64,000 nt of DNA from an uncultured Lachnospiraceae bacterium (GCA_946544235.1 CAMNMC010000077.1:1239-65238), one strand, 5' to 3'; counted from the first letter of the stretch, positions 1 to 10,042 are shown. Notes: generated from the letters alone by a model not told the origin. Numbers and translations: made by a program.

Positions 1-1
1 G

Positions 2-151
2 AGAGTCGCAAGGGTTGTATTTGGATTGGATGGAGAGAAGAAGCATAACGTTGATGAGGCTGCGAGAGTACTTCAGACCTCATCGGGCAGAGTTCTTCAG
101 ATAGCAAATAAGATCAAGGAGAAGGCCGGTCACGGCCGAAGGGGAAGGTAG
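2..151 (+). CDS. 3' end of a CDS entering the window; sigma-70 region-4-like HTH
   Basis: Frame 2 reads RVARVVFGLDGEKKHNVDEAARVLQTSSGRVLQIANKIKEK...GR* (TAG 149-151), resembling region 4 'RFGL..G..TLEE......RVRQI..K'. Not in the ORF track because it is truncated. Confidence 0.5.
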   Translation, partial: RVARVVFGLDGEKKHNVDEAARVLQTSSGRVLQIANKIKEKAGHGRRGR

Positions 152-186
152 TGACAGGTGAAGAGTATTTACGGAAGGAGAAAGCA

Positions 187-1800
187 ATGGTTACAAAAAC
201 AAGGGTTACTGAGGTTCAGGTTTACAGGAGAAGCGCAACAATAACCAGATGCGGAGAGGTTTCGCTCGCTGCGGGAAAAAATATCATATACGTTGCGGGG
301 ATGACCGACAGCGCTGACAGGGACAGCTTCAGACTGAAATTTCCTGAAAATATCAAGGCGATAAATATTCAGGTGGTCGGAACCGAGAATGTTAAGGAAG
401 ATGTTAAGAAGGAATCTGAGCAGATTCAGAAGAAGATGGATGAGGTCGGATACCGGATCGAAACCACCGAGTACATGATCGAGCTCAGGAAGCAGAACAG
501 CAATTTCTTCTCGAGAACAAATATAACTATAGAGGAGCAGGAAAAGGTAATGAATGCTCTTCCGGAGCAGATGCTTGCTCTTCACAGGCAGCTTGACGAG
601 CTTCGTGCAGAGAAGGATAAGCTTCGTGAGGAATACGATAAGGCTGTAAAAGAGGAAGATAAGCCGATCATTATGGCGGAAGTATTTGCTGCCTCAGAGG
701 GAACGGTTCCGTTTATACTTCAGTATCAGGATGACAACTGCTGGTGGAATCCGAAATATGAGATACATTATTCAAGCGACAGGAATCCGCTTGAAGTAGA
801 TATGAAGGCGCAGATCAGACAGTCTTCGGGAGAGGACTGGAAGCAGGTCAAGGTGACGCTATATACCGGAAATCCATCCGTTTCAAGTGATCTTCCGGTA
901 ATGAAATCGGTTCAGCTCTCGCTTATAGAGCCGCCGAAGGCCCGCGTTCGTGCCAAGGGTGCAGGCATGATGGGTATGCGTGCCATGGCAGATGAGTGCT
1001 GTGAGGATGCATGCGCAACTGAAGCTGCCGGCGCAATGATGATGGGCGCTGCCATGAATATGCAGACAATCATGATGGATACGGCAGAATCTGTCGAAGA
1101 GGAAACGATGACCGCATACGTGCTTCCGAATGCGAGGGATATTCTGAGCGATGCAGAGGGAAATATAGCAGAACTTAGGAATTTCTCAGTAAAGGCTTCG
1201 TATCACGTGCTTTCAATACCTTCGGTTGATAACAGCAGCTATCTTACGGCTGAGATCGTTGCTTCCGAGTGGCCACTTCCTCCTGCGGATGCAGCGGTTT
1301 ATCTGAGAGATACCTATGCAGGTGAGGTCTATGTTGATGCTGATTCCGATACGGATCTGCTGACGCTCTCACTTGGTAAGGATGAGAGACTTACGGTTAT
1401 CCGTACCGAAAGTCCTAAGAAGACACAGGATACCTTCCTTAAGGGCACCAAGAAGCAGACCTGCAAGGCTGAGATCAAGCTTGTAAATACATCCTCTGAC
1501 ACGGTCAGCGTTCTTCTTAAGGATCAGCTTCCGGTATCGACTGATAAAGCTATTACGGTTGAACCGGTGCAGCTTTCAGATGCATCGCTTGATGAGGAAA
1601 CCGGCGAGCTTAAATGGGAGCTTAAGGCTGAGCCTGACAAGACGGTTGTATTTAATGTTGAATATACAATTTCATGGCCGAAGGAAAAGAAACTGTTTGA
1701 GAACAGAGTGATTAAAAATGCAAAAACAAAATTCTGCCCGGGCTGCGGCAGACCTGTTGCCGGCAGATTCTGTCCGGAGTGCGGTTCGGAAGTGAAATAA
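187..1800 (+). CDS. DUF4140/DUF4139 (MuiA-like) protein with C-terminal zinc ribbon
   Basis: N-terminal 'VTEVQVYRRSATITR', coiled coil, 'W.PKYEI...AQIRQSSGEDWKQVKVTLYTGNP', 'LKDQLPVS', 'GELKWEL', C-terminal CPGCG..CPECG. ATG 187 follows GGAAGGAG. Confidence 0.85.
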   Translation: MVTKTRVTEVQVYRRSATITRCGEVSLAAGKNIIYVAGMTDSADRDSFRLKFPENIKAINIQVVGTENVKEDVKKESEQIQKKMDEVGYRIETTEYMIELRKQNSNFFSRTNITIEEQEKVMNALPEQMLALHRQLDELRAEKDKLREEYDKAVKEEDKPIIMAEVFAASEGTVPFILQYQDDNCWWNPKYEIHYSSDRNPLEVDMKAQIRQSSGEDWKQVKVTLYTGNPSVSSDLPVMKSVQLSLIEPPKARVRAKGAGMMGMRAMADECCEDACATEAAGAMMMGAAMNMQTIMMDTAESVEEETMTAYVLPNARDILSDAEGNIAELRNFSVKASYHVLSIPSVDNSSYLTAEIVASEWPLPPADAAVYLRDTYAGEVYVDADSDTDLLTLSLGKDERLTVIRTESPKKTQDTFLKGTKKQTCKAEIKLVNTSSDTVSVLLKDQLPVSTDKAITVEPVQLSDASLDEETGELKWELKAEPDKTVVFNVEYTISWPKEKKLFENRVIKNAKTKFCPGCGRPVAGRFCPECGSEVK

Positions 1801-1894
1801 TATGTTTTGCCGAAGGTGTAGCTCGACAGTATATAAATAATTATATGATTAACCGGAGCATGGCGATTGCCGTGCCCCGGCTACTGTGGTTATT

Positions 1895-2776
1895 ATGAAG
1901 AAAAAAGGTTTTTTTGCCAATTTCATAGATAAAGCGACACTTTCTGTTATGTCGATATGCTCGGGACGTCTCAGCAAAGAGATGGTTGAGGAACAGTACG
2001 CGGTAAATAAAGAGGCGTGGAAGGCGTATCTTGAGGCTGGACAAAGTGCTTCGGCGAAAATGGATGGTAAAGGCGGATCGCCGAGAGCGGATGGTAAAGG
2101 CGAGTCACAAAAAACTGATGATAATGTCGCATCACAGAAAACGGTTGGTACAGGCGGACAGGTATGTGCGCTGCGATTAATCGAGGATCAGTCGGCGCTG
2201 ACATCATTCCGCTATGGTACCAATAAAGGGCGAATCGGAAAGAAGCTCTTCAATGGCAAGGAAATGACGGGCGCTGATAATACCTGCGAGGTTATTGCAG
2301 TATATAATGTGATGACATATCTTGCTATGCAGAGCGATGATGCGCAGGCGGCTGGTGGTCATGGCGGTGCTAAAACATTACCGGGACTTCCGGAGCTGAT
2401 TCGGTCGTTCTCGAAGAAGGGCATCGCGTATCGTGGCATGTTCGGTACGAATCCGAAGGCTATGAAGGAGTATCTTGTTAAAAGGGGATATACAGTCGAA
2501 GAACTGTGTGCATCCAAGCTCAGCAGGAAAAACTGTGAGAAGGCTGAGAAAAACTACAGGGCGTTTATTCTCACAACCTTCAATGAGGGGCAGAATCCTT
2601 TTTCAATGGTTCATACGATGTGTGTTACGAAAAATGTGTCCTCAGCAGGAACGGTATTTCAGCTTCATAACGACTATGAAGGCAGCAAAGAATATGCATC
2701 CCTGTACGAGGCTGCTATCGGCTATAACAACGGCAAGGGGCATCCGATAACGCTGCTGTGTGTTGGTGCGGAATGA
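1895..2776 (+). CDS. Hypothetical protein, possible C39-like (papain-fold) cysteine peptidase
   Basis: 'DQ..L..FRYG', 'NTCEVIAVYNVM', 'FGTNP' and 'MVHTMCV' suggest a Cys/His dyad pattern. Start uncertain (1886 GTG or 1895 ATG). Confidence 0.5.
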   Translation: MKKKGFFANFIDKATLSVMSICSGRLSKEMVEEQYAVNKEAWKAYLEAGQSASAKMDGKGGSPRADGKGESQKTDDNVASQKTVGTGGQVCALRLIEDQSALTSFRYGTNKGRIGKKLFNGKEMTGADNTCEVIAVYNVMTYLAMQSDDAQAAGGHGGAKTLPGLPELIRSFSKKGIAYRGMFGTNPKAMKEYLVKRGYTVEELCASKLSRKNCEKAEKNYRAFILTTFNEGQNPFSMVHTMCVTKNVSSAGTVFQLHNDYEGSKEYASLYEAAIGYNNGKGHPITLLCVGAE

Positions 2777-2812
2777 TTAAATAGAGAATATCTGTAGAAA
2801 AGGAGATAAAAA

Positions 2813-5059
2813 ATGTTTTGTTATAAATGTGGGGAAAAACTTCCGGATGGTGCACTGTTTTGCCAGTTTTGCGGCGTACCTCAAAATGGAGGTGCACAGG
2901 GATCGGAAGAGCAGACTGGTGGGGCAGTGAGCGAAGATCAGACGTTGAAGGATCAATTTGAACAACAGAGAGATACAGCAGGGTCAAGTCAGCCGATACA
3001 GCCAAACTATGACTGGCAGGGATATGTGAATCAGCAGCAGTATGGTCAGAATGGTCAGGCACAGGGATACGTAGATCCGACACAATATACACAGCAGTAT
3101 GGCCTGCAGGGATATGTGGATCCATCACAATACGGTCAGCAATATGGCCAGCAGGGATATGTGGATCCATCACAATACGGTCAGCAATATGGCCAACAGG
3201 GGTATATGAATCCTCAGCAGTATGCGCAGAACAGCCAGGCGCAGGGGTACGCGAATCCACAGCAGTATAGTCAGCAAGGATATGTGAATCCGGCACAGTA
3301 TGTACAGAATGACCAGGCACAGGGATATGTGAATCAGCAGCAGTATACACAGAATGGCCAGGTACAGGGATATACGAATCAACAGCAGTTTTCACAGTAT
3401 GGTCAGCAGAATGGCCAGACGCAGGGGTATGCGAATCCACAGCAGTATGTGCAGAACGGTCATGTGCAGGGATATACGAATCAACAGCAGTTTTCACAGT
3501 ATGGTCAGCAGAATGGCCAGCCGCAGGGATATGCCGGACAGCCGCAGGGATATGCCGGACAACCACAGGGATATACAGGACAGGCTCAGCTCGCTCAGAA
3601 CGGAAGTGTGAATCAGCCTCAGCCGGAAGATGGTAAAACGGCAAGTAAGGATAAAAAGACCGAAAAAAAGAGTGGAGATAAGGCTGTTGGTGCAAAGAAG
3701 AGCAGGAAGAAAATAATCATTCCGGCTGTTATTGCAGCTGTTGTTGCACTCGGAGTCGGGGCGTATTTTCTGTTCGTAAAAAAGCCTAAGACTGCGGAAG
3801 AAAAGGCGCTCGACAGATATTTTGCAGCATGGGAGAATATGGATCTGGCAGCCCTGGATAAAGCCTGCTATCCTGAAGGTTCGACTGCACTTCTGAACAT
3901 GGGATATGACGGAAAAAGAAGTTTGGGATATTTATATAGTGGTAATAATTCGATATGCTTTACAATGGGTGCGCTGATCTCAGGTAATGATAATTGGAGG
4001 ATGGATCATGATCTGATGAGTATGTATCTTAAATCATATGATTTCAGTTCCTTTGACGACGGAGGAATGGAGGAAAGAAGAAAAGCTATGGAAGATAATG
4101 ATGAATTCCGCAAAATCTTTTCTGATCTTAAGGTTGATTATAAAGTCGTTAAGATGATGGATTCCGATCAGGTGACTTTTCAGGAGAGAAGTGGTCGAAA
4201 GCTTTATGATGTAGATGACCCTATAACATGGATGGAGAATCGCCTGCATAGCGGAAGCGAATACTACGGAACCGGTTCGGATATAAAGGTCACGGATGTA
4301 AAGGTTGCGGTTGTTAATGTTCACTGGAGTTATGGAAGTAAAAAATATGGCTATGATAAATCGTGGTGGAACAATGAGAAGTATATATCTATACTCTCGA
4401 GGTATAGTGGCAGTTATTATGGCTATGGCAGGGAGCTTCCGATAGGAAGGGGCAAAACTATCATGGTTGACTACAAGGATTATGATTCTCTGATCAGATA
4501 TATGGACAGTATTGAATACGAGCTTATTCTTTATAAGACTGATGGAAAATGGTATGTATATCCGGAGAGACTGATACCCGGCGGATGGGGACCTTCATCG
4601 CTTCCTATTTCGTATAGCAACAGAAACAACAATTATGAACATGATGACGGTGATAATTCGGGATTTACTGACAGTGCGAAAAAATCTGACGATATAACCA
4701 TGGCGGGAACAGTGCTTACAGCTTTTCAGACATGTCTTGCTGATGAGGATTGCTATGATGAAGTGTACGATTATTGTGAAGCGAAAAATACCAGTGGTGA
4801 GGTAGTGGTTGTCAGCATTCGCGCAACTGATGACGGAGAAAAACTTTCTTCGGAAATGATAAGTGCCACAGGACCATACGTCAAAGAGGAAATGCTGATG
4901 TCACTCAGTTCGTGTCCTATCAGATACACAGATGATGGCGCGGCTTACTATGTTGTGACTTACAATCATAATACTGGCAGTATAGGAGTATATATATCGA
5001 AAGACGGACAGAGCCTGGACTGGCAGATCCAGCCGGAGATGGATGAGGAGTATAAATAA
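2813..5059 (+). CDS. Zinc-ribbon + Q/G/Y-rich repeat + single-TM protein with extracellular domains
   Basis: MFCYKCG..FCQFCG, long QQYGQQGY repeats, basic stretch then TM 'IIIPAVIAAVVALGVGAYFLFV'. AAGGAG SD. Confidence 0.8.
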   Translation: MFCYKCGEKLPDGALFCQFCGVPQNGGAQGSEEQTGGAVSEDQTLKDQFEQQRDTAGSSQPIQPNYDWQGYVNQQQYGQNGQAQGYVDPTQYTQQYGLQGYVDPSQYGQQYGQQGYVDPSQYGQQYGQQGYMNPQQYAQNSQAQGYANPQQYSQQGYVNPAQYVQNDQAQGYVNQQQYTQNGQVQGYTNQQQFSQYGQQNGQTQGYANPQQYVQNGHVQGYTNQQQFSQYGQQNGQPQGYAGQPQGYAGQPQGYTGQAQLAQNGSVNQPQPEDGKTASKDKKTEKKSGDKAVGAKKSRKKIIIPAVIAAVVALGVGAYFLFVKKPKTAEEKALDRYFAAWENMDLAALDKACYPEGSTALLNMGYDGKRSLGYLYSGNNSICFTMGALISGNDNWRMDHDLMSMYLKSYDFSSFDDGGMEERRKAMEDNDEFRKIFSDLKVDYKVVKMMDSDQVTFQERSGRKLYDVDDPITWMENRLHSGSEYYGTGSDIKVTDVKVAVVNVHWSYGSKKYGYDKSWWNNEKYISILSRYSGSYYGYGRELPIGRGKTIMVDYKDYDSLIRYMDSIEYELILYKTDGKWYVYPERLIPGGWGPSSLPISYSNRNNNYEHDDGDNSGFTDSAKKSDDITMAGTVLTAFQTCLADEDCYDEVYDYCEAKNTSGEVVVVSIRATDDGEKLSSEMISATGPYVKEEMLMSLSSCPIRYTDDGAAYYVVTYNHNTGSIGVYISKDGQSLDWQIQPEMDEEYK
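3013..3580 (+). repeat. Coding tandem repeats (QGY[VA][ND]PQQY-type units)
   Basis: Recurrent 'cagggatat...cagcagtat' units in the DNA and the protein. Confidence 0.85.
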
Positions 5060-5144
5060 TAAAAAAGATAAAATATGATCGGTTGCTAAAAGGCTCAGCA
5101 TATTGCAGCTGCAGCGGCTTATCAGCATATTGATCAATAAATAC

Positions 5145-5178
5145 AACAAACGGGCGGCTTTTGGGCCGCCCGTTTGTT
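5145..5178. terminator. Intrinsic terminator hairpin, probably bidirectional
   Basis: aacaaacgggcggc / gccgcccgtttgtt inverted repeat between convergent genes. Confidence 0.75.
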
Positions 5179-5330
5179 TGTGGGGGGTGCATTGAATTTA
5201 TAAGGGGGGTATCATCGAATAAAATGATACGGTCTTTTATTTTTGGATTGACGACGTGCGTTGACTATACAAATCGTCTGTTTTTTATATTGGTTTATAA
5301 TTGATCGTAATGAAACGTTGATCAGGCAAT

Positions 5331-6857
5331 TTACAGTGTATTGATAAATCGCTTGAAAGCTTCCATGCCTGCAGCGTCATGCTTGTAAACGCCTGCGCAT
5401 TCAAGAACCTTGGAAAATACAAGTCCGATCTCTTTCTGAACTGCCTTGTGGAGTTCGGCCGGGTTTTTCAGGACTGTGTCGTCGTATTTTGCAACCCAGT
5501 CCTTAGCCCAGTCGGCATGTTTTGAAAGTGCCTCGTCATCCTTAAGGAGGGTTATGTCTCTGCCGCTAAGGATGTGCTCTTCGAGAGCTTCCATTTCTTT
5601 TTTAAGTCTTGCAGGGAGGATGGCGAGGCCCATAACCTCGATAAGTCCTATATTTTCTTTCTTGATATGATGATACTCGGCATGTGGGTGGTAAACGCCC
5701 ATCGGATGCTCTTCGGTGGTTATGTTGTTGCGGAGAGCAAGATCGAGAACGTAGCGGCCGTCCTCAAAACGGGCGATCGGAGTGATCGTGTTATGAGGCG
5801 TACCATCTGTTTCTGCGAAGATAAATGCGTCCTCATCGGTGTAGCTTCTCCACGCTTTAAGTATCATGTCTGCAGCGTCAGCAATATCATCAGCGGATTC
5901 AGATTTGAGTCTGATAACTGAAAGAGGCCATTTGATGATGCCTGCTTCAACTGCCGGATAATCCTTCATGGTGAATTTGTATTCATAATCAGCCCTTGCC
6001 ATTGCAAAGGTGTAAGCTCCGCCCTGGAAATGATCATGGGAGAGGATTGAACCGCCTACGATCGGAAGGTCTGCATTTGAGCCTGCTGTGTAATGTCTGA
6101 ACTGTCCGACAAAGGAGAGGAGCTTCTTCATGGTCTCTTTGTTGATGATCATTGGGATGTGCTTCTCGTTCAGAATGATGCAGTGCTCGTTGTAATAAAC
6201 GTAAGGTGAATACTGCAGGAAATATTTGTCGCCGCATAACTCTATCGGGATGATGCGGTGATTCTGCCTTGCCGGGTGAGTGATATGACCTGCATAACCC
6301 TCGTTCTCTGCACAGAGGAGGCACTTAGGATAGCCTGACGCCTTGGCTTTGCCGGCAGCAGCTATATCGCGGGGATCCTTCTCAGGCTTTGAGAGGTTGA
6401 TAGTTATATCTATGTCGCCATATTCGGTAGAGGTCACCCATTTTTCATCCTTTGCAACACGCTCGGCACGGATATAATTGGTTGCCTTACTGAAATTATA
6501 GTAGAAGTCGGTTGCTTCTTTTGTGCTTCTGCCCAGCTTCTCAGCGAACTTTGCCCTGACAACAGAAGGAGCAGGAGTCAGGCAGCCCATGATCTTTGTA
6601 TCGAAGAGATCACGCTTATTGACGGTATCAAGCTCAGCGATTCCTTCAGCTGCTGCATAATCTAAGATATCATCAAGAATTGACTGAATGCTTCTCACAG
6701 CCTCAGCTTTCACAATAGTCTCATCCTCTTCATAATCCTCGAGCCCCAGAACCTCCAGCACTCTGTTCGTTACATAAGTTTTATCCTCTTCCGGAATGAG
6801 ATCGTTTAATTCTCCGTATTTGATAAGTTCTGTTATATATGAGTATACACTGTTCAT
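5331..6857 (-). CDS. galT: Galactose-1-phosphate uridylyltransferase (class II)
   Basis: 'ITINLSKPEKDP', 'YPKCLLCAENEGY', 'GSNADLPIVGGSILSHDHFQGG', 'HIKKENIGLIEVMGLA'. Confidence 0.97.
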   Translation of the reverse strand: MNSVYSYITELIKYGELNDLIPEEDKTYVTNRVLEVLGLEDYEEDETIVKAEAVRSIQSILDDILDYAAAEGIAELDTVNKRDLFDTKIMGCLTPAPSVVRAKFAEKLGRSTKEATDFYYNFSKATNYIRAERVAKDEKWVTSTEYGDIDITINLSKPEKDPRDIAAAGKAKASGYPKCLLCAENEGYAGHITHPARQNHRIIPIELCGDKYFLQYSPYVYYNEHCIILNEKHIPMIINKETMKKLLSFVGQFRHYTAGSNADLPIVGGSILSHDHFQGGAYTFAMARADYEYKFTMKDYPAVEAGIIKWPLSVIRLKSESADDIADAADMILKAWRSYTDEDAFIFAETDGTPHNTITPIARFEDGRYVLDLALRNNITTEEHPMGVYHPHAEYHHIKKENIGLIEVMGLAILPARLKKEMEALEEHILSGRDITLLKDDEALSKHADWAKDWVAKYDDTVLKNPAELHKAVQKEIGLVFSKVLECAGVYKHDAAGMEAFKRFINTL

Positions 6858-6883
6858 TTCGTTTCTCCTTTGTCATTGTGTGA

Positions 6884-6952
6884 GATCATGAACATATTTG
6901 CCTCTGAAGGCGTATTCCTGCTACAACTGAAGAGGTAAATATGTTCATGATC
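6884..6952. repeat. Long hairpin element, copy 1
   Basis: 22-bp arms gatcatgaacatatttgcctct / agaggtaaatatgttcatgatc around a conserved core. Confidence 0.85.
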
Positions 6953-7010
6953 GTGAGTGTTATAAATATCATTATTACGTTCTATGATCATTTAGGTTTT
7001 ATGATGATCA

Positions 7011-7081
7011 GATTCATGCCTGTATATGTCTCTGAAGGCGTATTTTATCTACAACTGAAGAGACATATACAGGTATGAATC
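7011..7081. repeat. Long hairpin element, copy 2
   Basis: 23-bp arms gattcatgcctgtatatgtctct / agagacatatacaggtatgaatc, with the same core as copy 1. Confidence 0.85.
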
Positions 7082-7148
7082 GTCACTTAGTCGATATACA
7101 GGCATGAATCGTCACTTTGTCGCCTAAAAAGAAAACAACATAACCAAA

Positions 7149-8438
7149 TTAAACGATCCTCATCCCACCATACTTTCTGATCTGAAGCACGCTGCAGGCG
7201 CCCTCTCCAAAGAGTCCGTCCATAGCCTTCTTATATTCCTCAACGAAATCCTTCTCAACAAAGGCTGCTATGGTTCCTGCGAATCCGCCGCCGTGAACCC
7301 TTGCAACTCCGTGAGATCTGCCGCCCTTATTAAGCGTAAAGTCGCTTACTCCGAGTGCGATTGAAACTGCCTGATGTTCGACATCTCTGTTGGTATAAAC
7401 GTTCTGGAGATATTTGAAAGAGGAATCTCCGGAAGCCTTAACGGCTGAAAGGAAAGCTTCTGTGTTGCCGTCTCTCAGGGCGTTGACCTGCTCGTCAACT
7501 CTTGCATTTTCTGTTATGAAATGAAGGGCTCTGAGAGCTGCTCTGTCACTCGTCTTTTCTCTGATAAGAGGGAGTTTTGCGATGATCTCGGCCGGATCAA
7601 CCTCACGCAGATACTCTTTGCCAAATACAGCTGCGGCAGCCTTCATCTCGGCAGGAACTGCAGCATAATCAGGAGTGAGATTAACGTGGTCAGCCTTGGT
7701 ATCAGTGATGCAGAGCGCGTAACCGTGAGCTGCCATATCAAAATCAACCTTCTCAACTACAGGATTTTCAGGATCCTTGAAATCGATTGTTACGAGACTT
7801 CCTACTGAGCTTGCCATCTGGTCCATAAGTCCGCAAGGCTTGCCGAAATATATATTTTCAGCGTACTGACCGATTTGAGCAATCTCGATCGGTGTTACGT
7901 TCATGTCATTGTAGAGACCGGAAATAATGGTTCCAATCAGAGTTTCAAATGCTGCAGAGGATGAGAGACCGGCACCGATAAGAACATCGCTGGTGACATA
8001 AGCGTTGAAGCCTCCGAGTTTGTAACCACGGTTCTTCAGACCTGCGAGAACTCCTCTTATAAGGGAAGCGGTTGTGCCTTCCTCAGCATCTCTTTTTTCA
8101 ATATCATTTATGTCTATCTCAATCATTCCGCCGCCGGCTGCTGAGATCACTCTTACCTTGTCGGAAGGAGCTGTGATCGCAATCGCATCGCGGTTTATGG
8201 AAGCTGCAAGAACCTTGCCATGCTGGTGATCTGTGTGATTGCCGCCGACCTCTGTACGTCCCGGGGCGCTGAAGATCATTATCTCGTCATCATCGAATTC
8301 GGCAGCGAAGCTGTCGATAGCCGCGCTGAATCTTTCTCTTAAATATGGTATAAGTGCATCATCAAGATAGATGTCGGTAAGTCTCCCATCAAGTGCACCG
8401 CTTAAAAACTGCTCTTTCAAAATATCCTTCTTTGCCAT
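7149..8438 (-). CDS. galK: Galactokinase
   Basis: 'APGRTEVGGNHTDHQHG', GHMP motif 'GAGLSSSAA', 'PCGLMDQ', 'GGGFAG'. Confidence 0.96.
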   Translation of the reverse strand: MAKKDILKEQFLSGALDGRLTDIYLDDALIPYLRERFSAAIDSFAAEFDDDEIMIFSAPGRTEVGGNHTDHQHGKVLAASINRDAIAITAPSDKVRVISAAGGGMIEIDINDIEKRDAEEGTTASLIRGVLAGLKNRGYKLGGFNAYVTSDVLIGAGLSSSAAFETLIGTIISGLYNDMNVTPIEIAQIGQYAENIYFGKPCGLMDQMASSVGSLVTIDFKDPENPVVEKVDFDMAAHGYALCITDTKADHVNLTPDYAAVPAEMKAAAAVFGKEYLREVDPAEIIAKLPLIREKTSDRAALRALHFITENARVDEQVNALRDGNTEAFLSAVKASGDSSFKYLQNVYTNRDVEHQAVSIALGVSDFTLNKGGRSHGVARVHGGGFAGTIAAFVEKDFVEEYKKAMDGLFGEGACSVLQIRKYGGMRIV

Positions 8439-8562
8439 TTTTATCCCTCCATGTGATCTAAAGATTAATAATCTGATATGTTAATAAAGTGATGAATTAC
8501 ATTTGGTTATCAGTATTGCAGTGTGCCGGCATTATTAACCGGTTTTTATCACTGCTGGTTGC

Positions 8563-8601
8563 TGTTTACTAAACAATATCACCGATTTAGTAAAAAGTCA
8601 A
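8563..8601 (-). promoter_or_regulatory. galK promoter overlapped by two GalR-type operators
   Basis: Minus strand TTGACT-17-TATTGT with TG extension. Pseudo-palindromes TGTTTACTAAACA (8563-8575) and TTTAGTAAA (8586-8594) resemble the Firmicute GalR TTTAGTAAA motif. Confidence 0.75.
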
Positions 8602-8748
8602 TATGTTTATTTTTCTTTTTTTGAAACTATATTTTTTATGAGCGGTTTTGCGTCAAAAAGCGTTATTTTACAGCAAAAGTTGACATAACGGCATATGCCT
8701 TGCAGAGAATCTTATACATGGCAGAAATAAAAACATATAAAAATGAAC

Positions 8749-8789
8749 TCGACAAAAAAATCCTGATGTGATAGAATGTTTACTAAACA
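8749..8789 (+). promoter_or_regulatory. galR promoter with autoregulatory operator
   Basis: TCGACA-17-TAGAAT with TG extension, immediately followed by TGTTTACTAAACA (8777-8789), identical to the galK-side site. Confidence 0.75.
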
Positions 8790-8850
8790 AATGCAAATGT
8801 AATATATAGACATATCAGACAGACTGATATTTGCAAGGCAGGAGATAAAT

Positions 8851-9891
8851 ATGGCGACTATCAGACAGATAGCGGAAAAGGCAGGGGTTTCACCTGCAAC
8901 AGTTTCGAGAATATTAAATAATGACAGTTCACTCTCGGTCACTGAGGAAACCAGAGTAAGGGTATTTGCGGTTGCCGAGGAGCTGCATTATGCAAAAAAG
9001 ACAGCTACGGACAAGGCGGCCTTTAAGCTGGGCATACTTCAGTGGTTTTCGGCGGAGGAGGAGCAGAGAGATGATTACTATCTCCGGGCAAGGCAGGGGA
9101 TAGAGGATTACTGCATCAGAAATTCCATTTCGATAGTAAGGGCATACAGATCGGATGCAAACTATCGTGAGACCATCGAGCATCTTGACGGACTTATCTG
9201 CATCGGAAAGTTCAGTGTGAAGGAGACGAGAGAGCTCATCGCAGTATGTGAAAATATCATATTTATAGATATGTCTGTGGATAACCGCGAAGTTTCAACG
9301 TTGACTATCGATTTCAAGACTGCGGCAAGGGATGCACTGAAATATCTGAAGGAACTTGGACACAGTAAGATAGCCTACATCGGAGGACTGGAATATGCTT
9401 CGGGAACCGAGATGATAGAGGATGCGAGAAAGAAGGAATACCTCGCCTTTATGAAGAAGAACAAGTTCAGTACGGCCGGACTTGTGAAGGAGGGGCATTT
9501 CAGTACGGCTTCGGGATATGAGATGATGAATGGTATCCTTGATGAGATGCAGGCTTCAACCGAGGATGCAGGTGCGAGGATTTCGGCTGGAAAACCTTGT
9601 ACTGCAGTATTTGCTGCGAGTGATGCGATCGCATACGGAGTTCTGAGGGCTGTCAGAGAGCATGGACTCAGAGTGCCGGAGGATATATCAGTCATCGGGA
9701 TCAATGATTCGGAGATGAGCCGCTTTTCGGAGCCGGCGCTCACAACGATGCGTGCGCCTGCCTATGAAATGGGGCAGCATGCAGCCAATCTGGTCAATGC
9801 GATGTCAAAGCTCAGCATCAAAACACCGCTCAAGGCGCAGCTGTACTGTACTCTTGTGGAGAGGGAGTCCTGTGCAAAGGCACGGGGCTGA
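8851..9891 (+). CDS. galR: LacI-family repressor of the galactose genes
   Basis: 'MATIRQIAEKAGVSPATVSRILN' HTH plus sugar-binding domain; divergent from galK. Confidence 0.85.
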   Translation: MATIRQIAEKAGVSPATVSRILNNDSSLSVTEETRVRVFAVAEELHYAKKTATDKAAFKLGILQWFSAEEEQRDDYYLRARQGIEDYCIRNSISIVRAYRSDANYRETIEHLDGLICIGKFSVKETRELIAVCENIIFIDMSVDNREVSTLTIDFKTAARDALKYLKELGHSKIAYIGGLEYASGTEMIEDARKKEYLAFMKKNKFSTAGLVKEGHFSTASGYEMMNGILDEMQASTEDAGARISAGKPCTAVFAASDAIAYGVLRAVREHGLRVPEDISVIGINDSEMSRFSEPALTTMRAPAYEMGQHAANLVNAMSKLSIKTPLKAQLYCTLVERESCAKARG

Positions 9892-10042
9892 ACCGGATGA
9901 GCCGGTGATGCTGAGGATGTTAAGCATCCGGATGTAGTTTGAACAGATTATTTATGTATGGATTTTGGAGACCAGTCATGGAAATAAGCCGTGTATGAAT
10001 ATTAATCAGGATGCGGCAGTGAAAGTTGTAACAGGAGGAAAA

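Noticed and set aside
2715-3695. 326-aa minus-strand ORF
   Set aside because: Antisense shadow of the Q/G/Y repeat region; the open frame is explained by repeat composition.
6884-7081. Hammerhead ribozyme or CRISPR reading of the hairpins (CUGAAGA present)
   Set aside because: No GAAA or three-stem junction in the right register; only two units, no spacer array and no cas genes.
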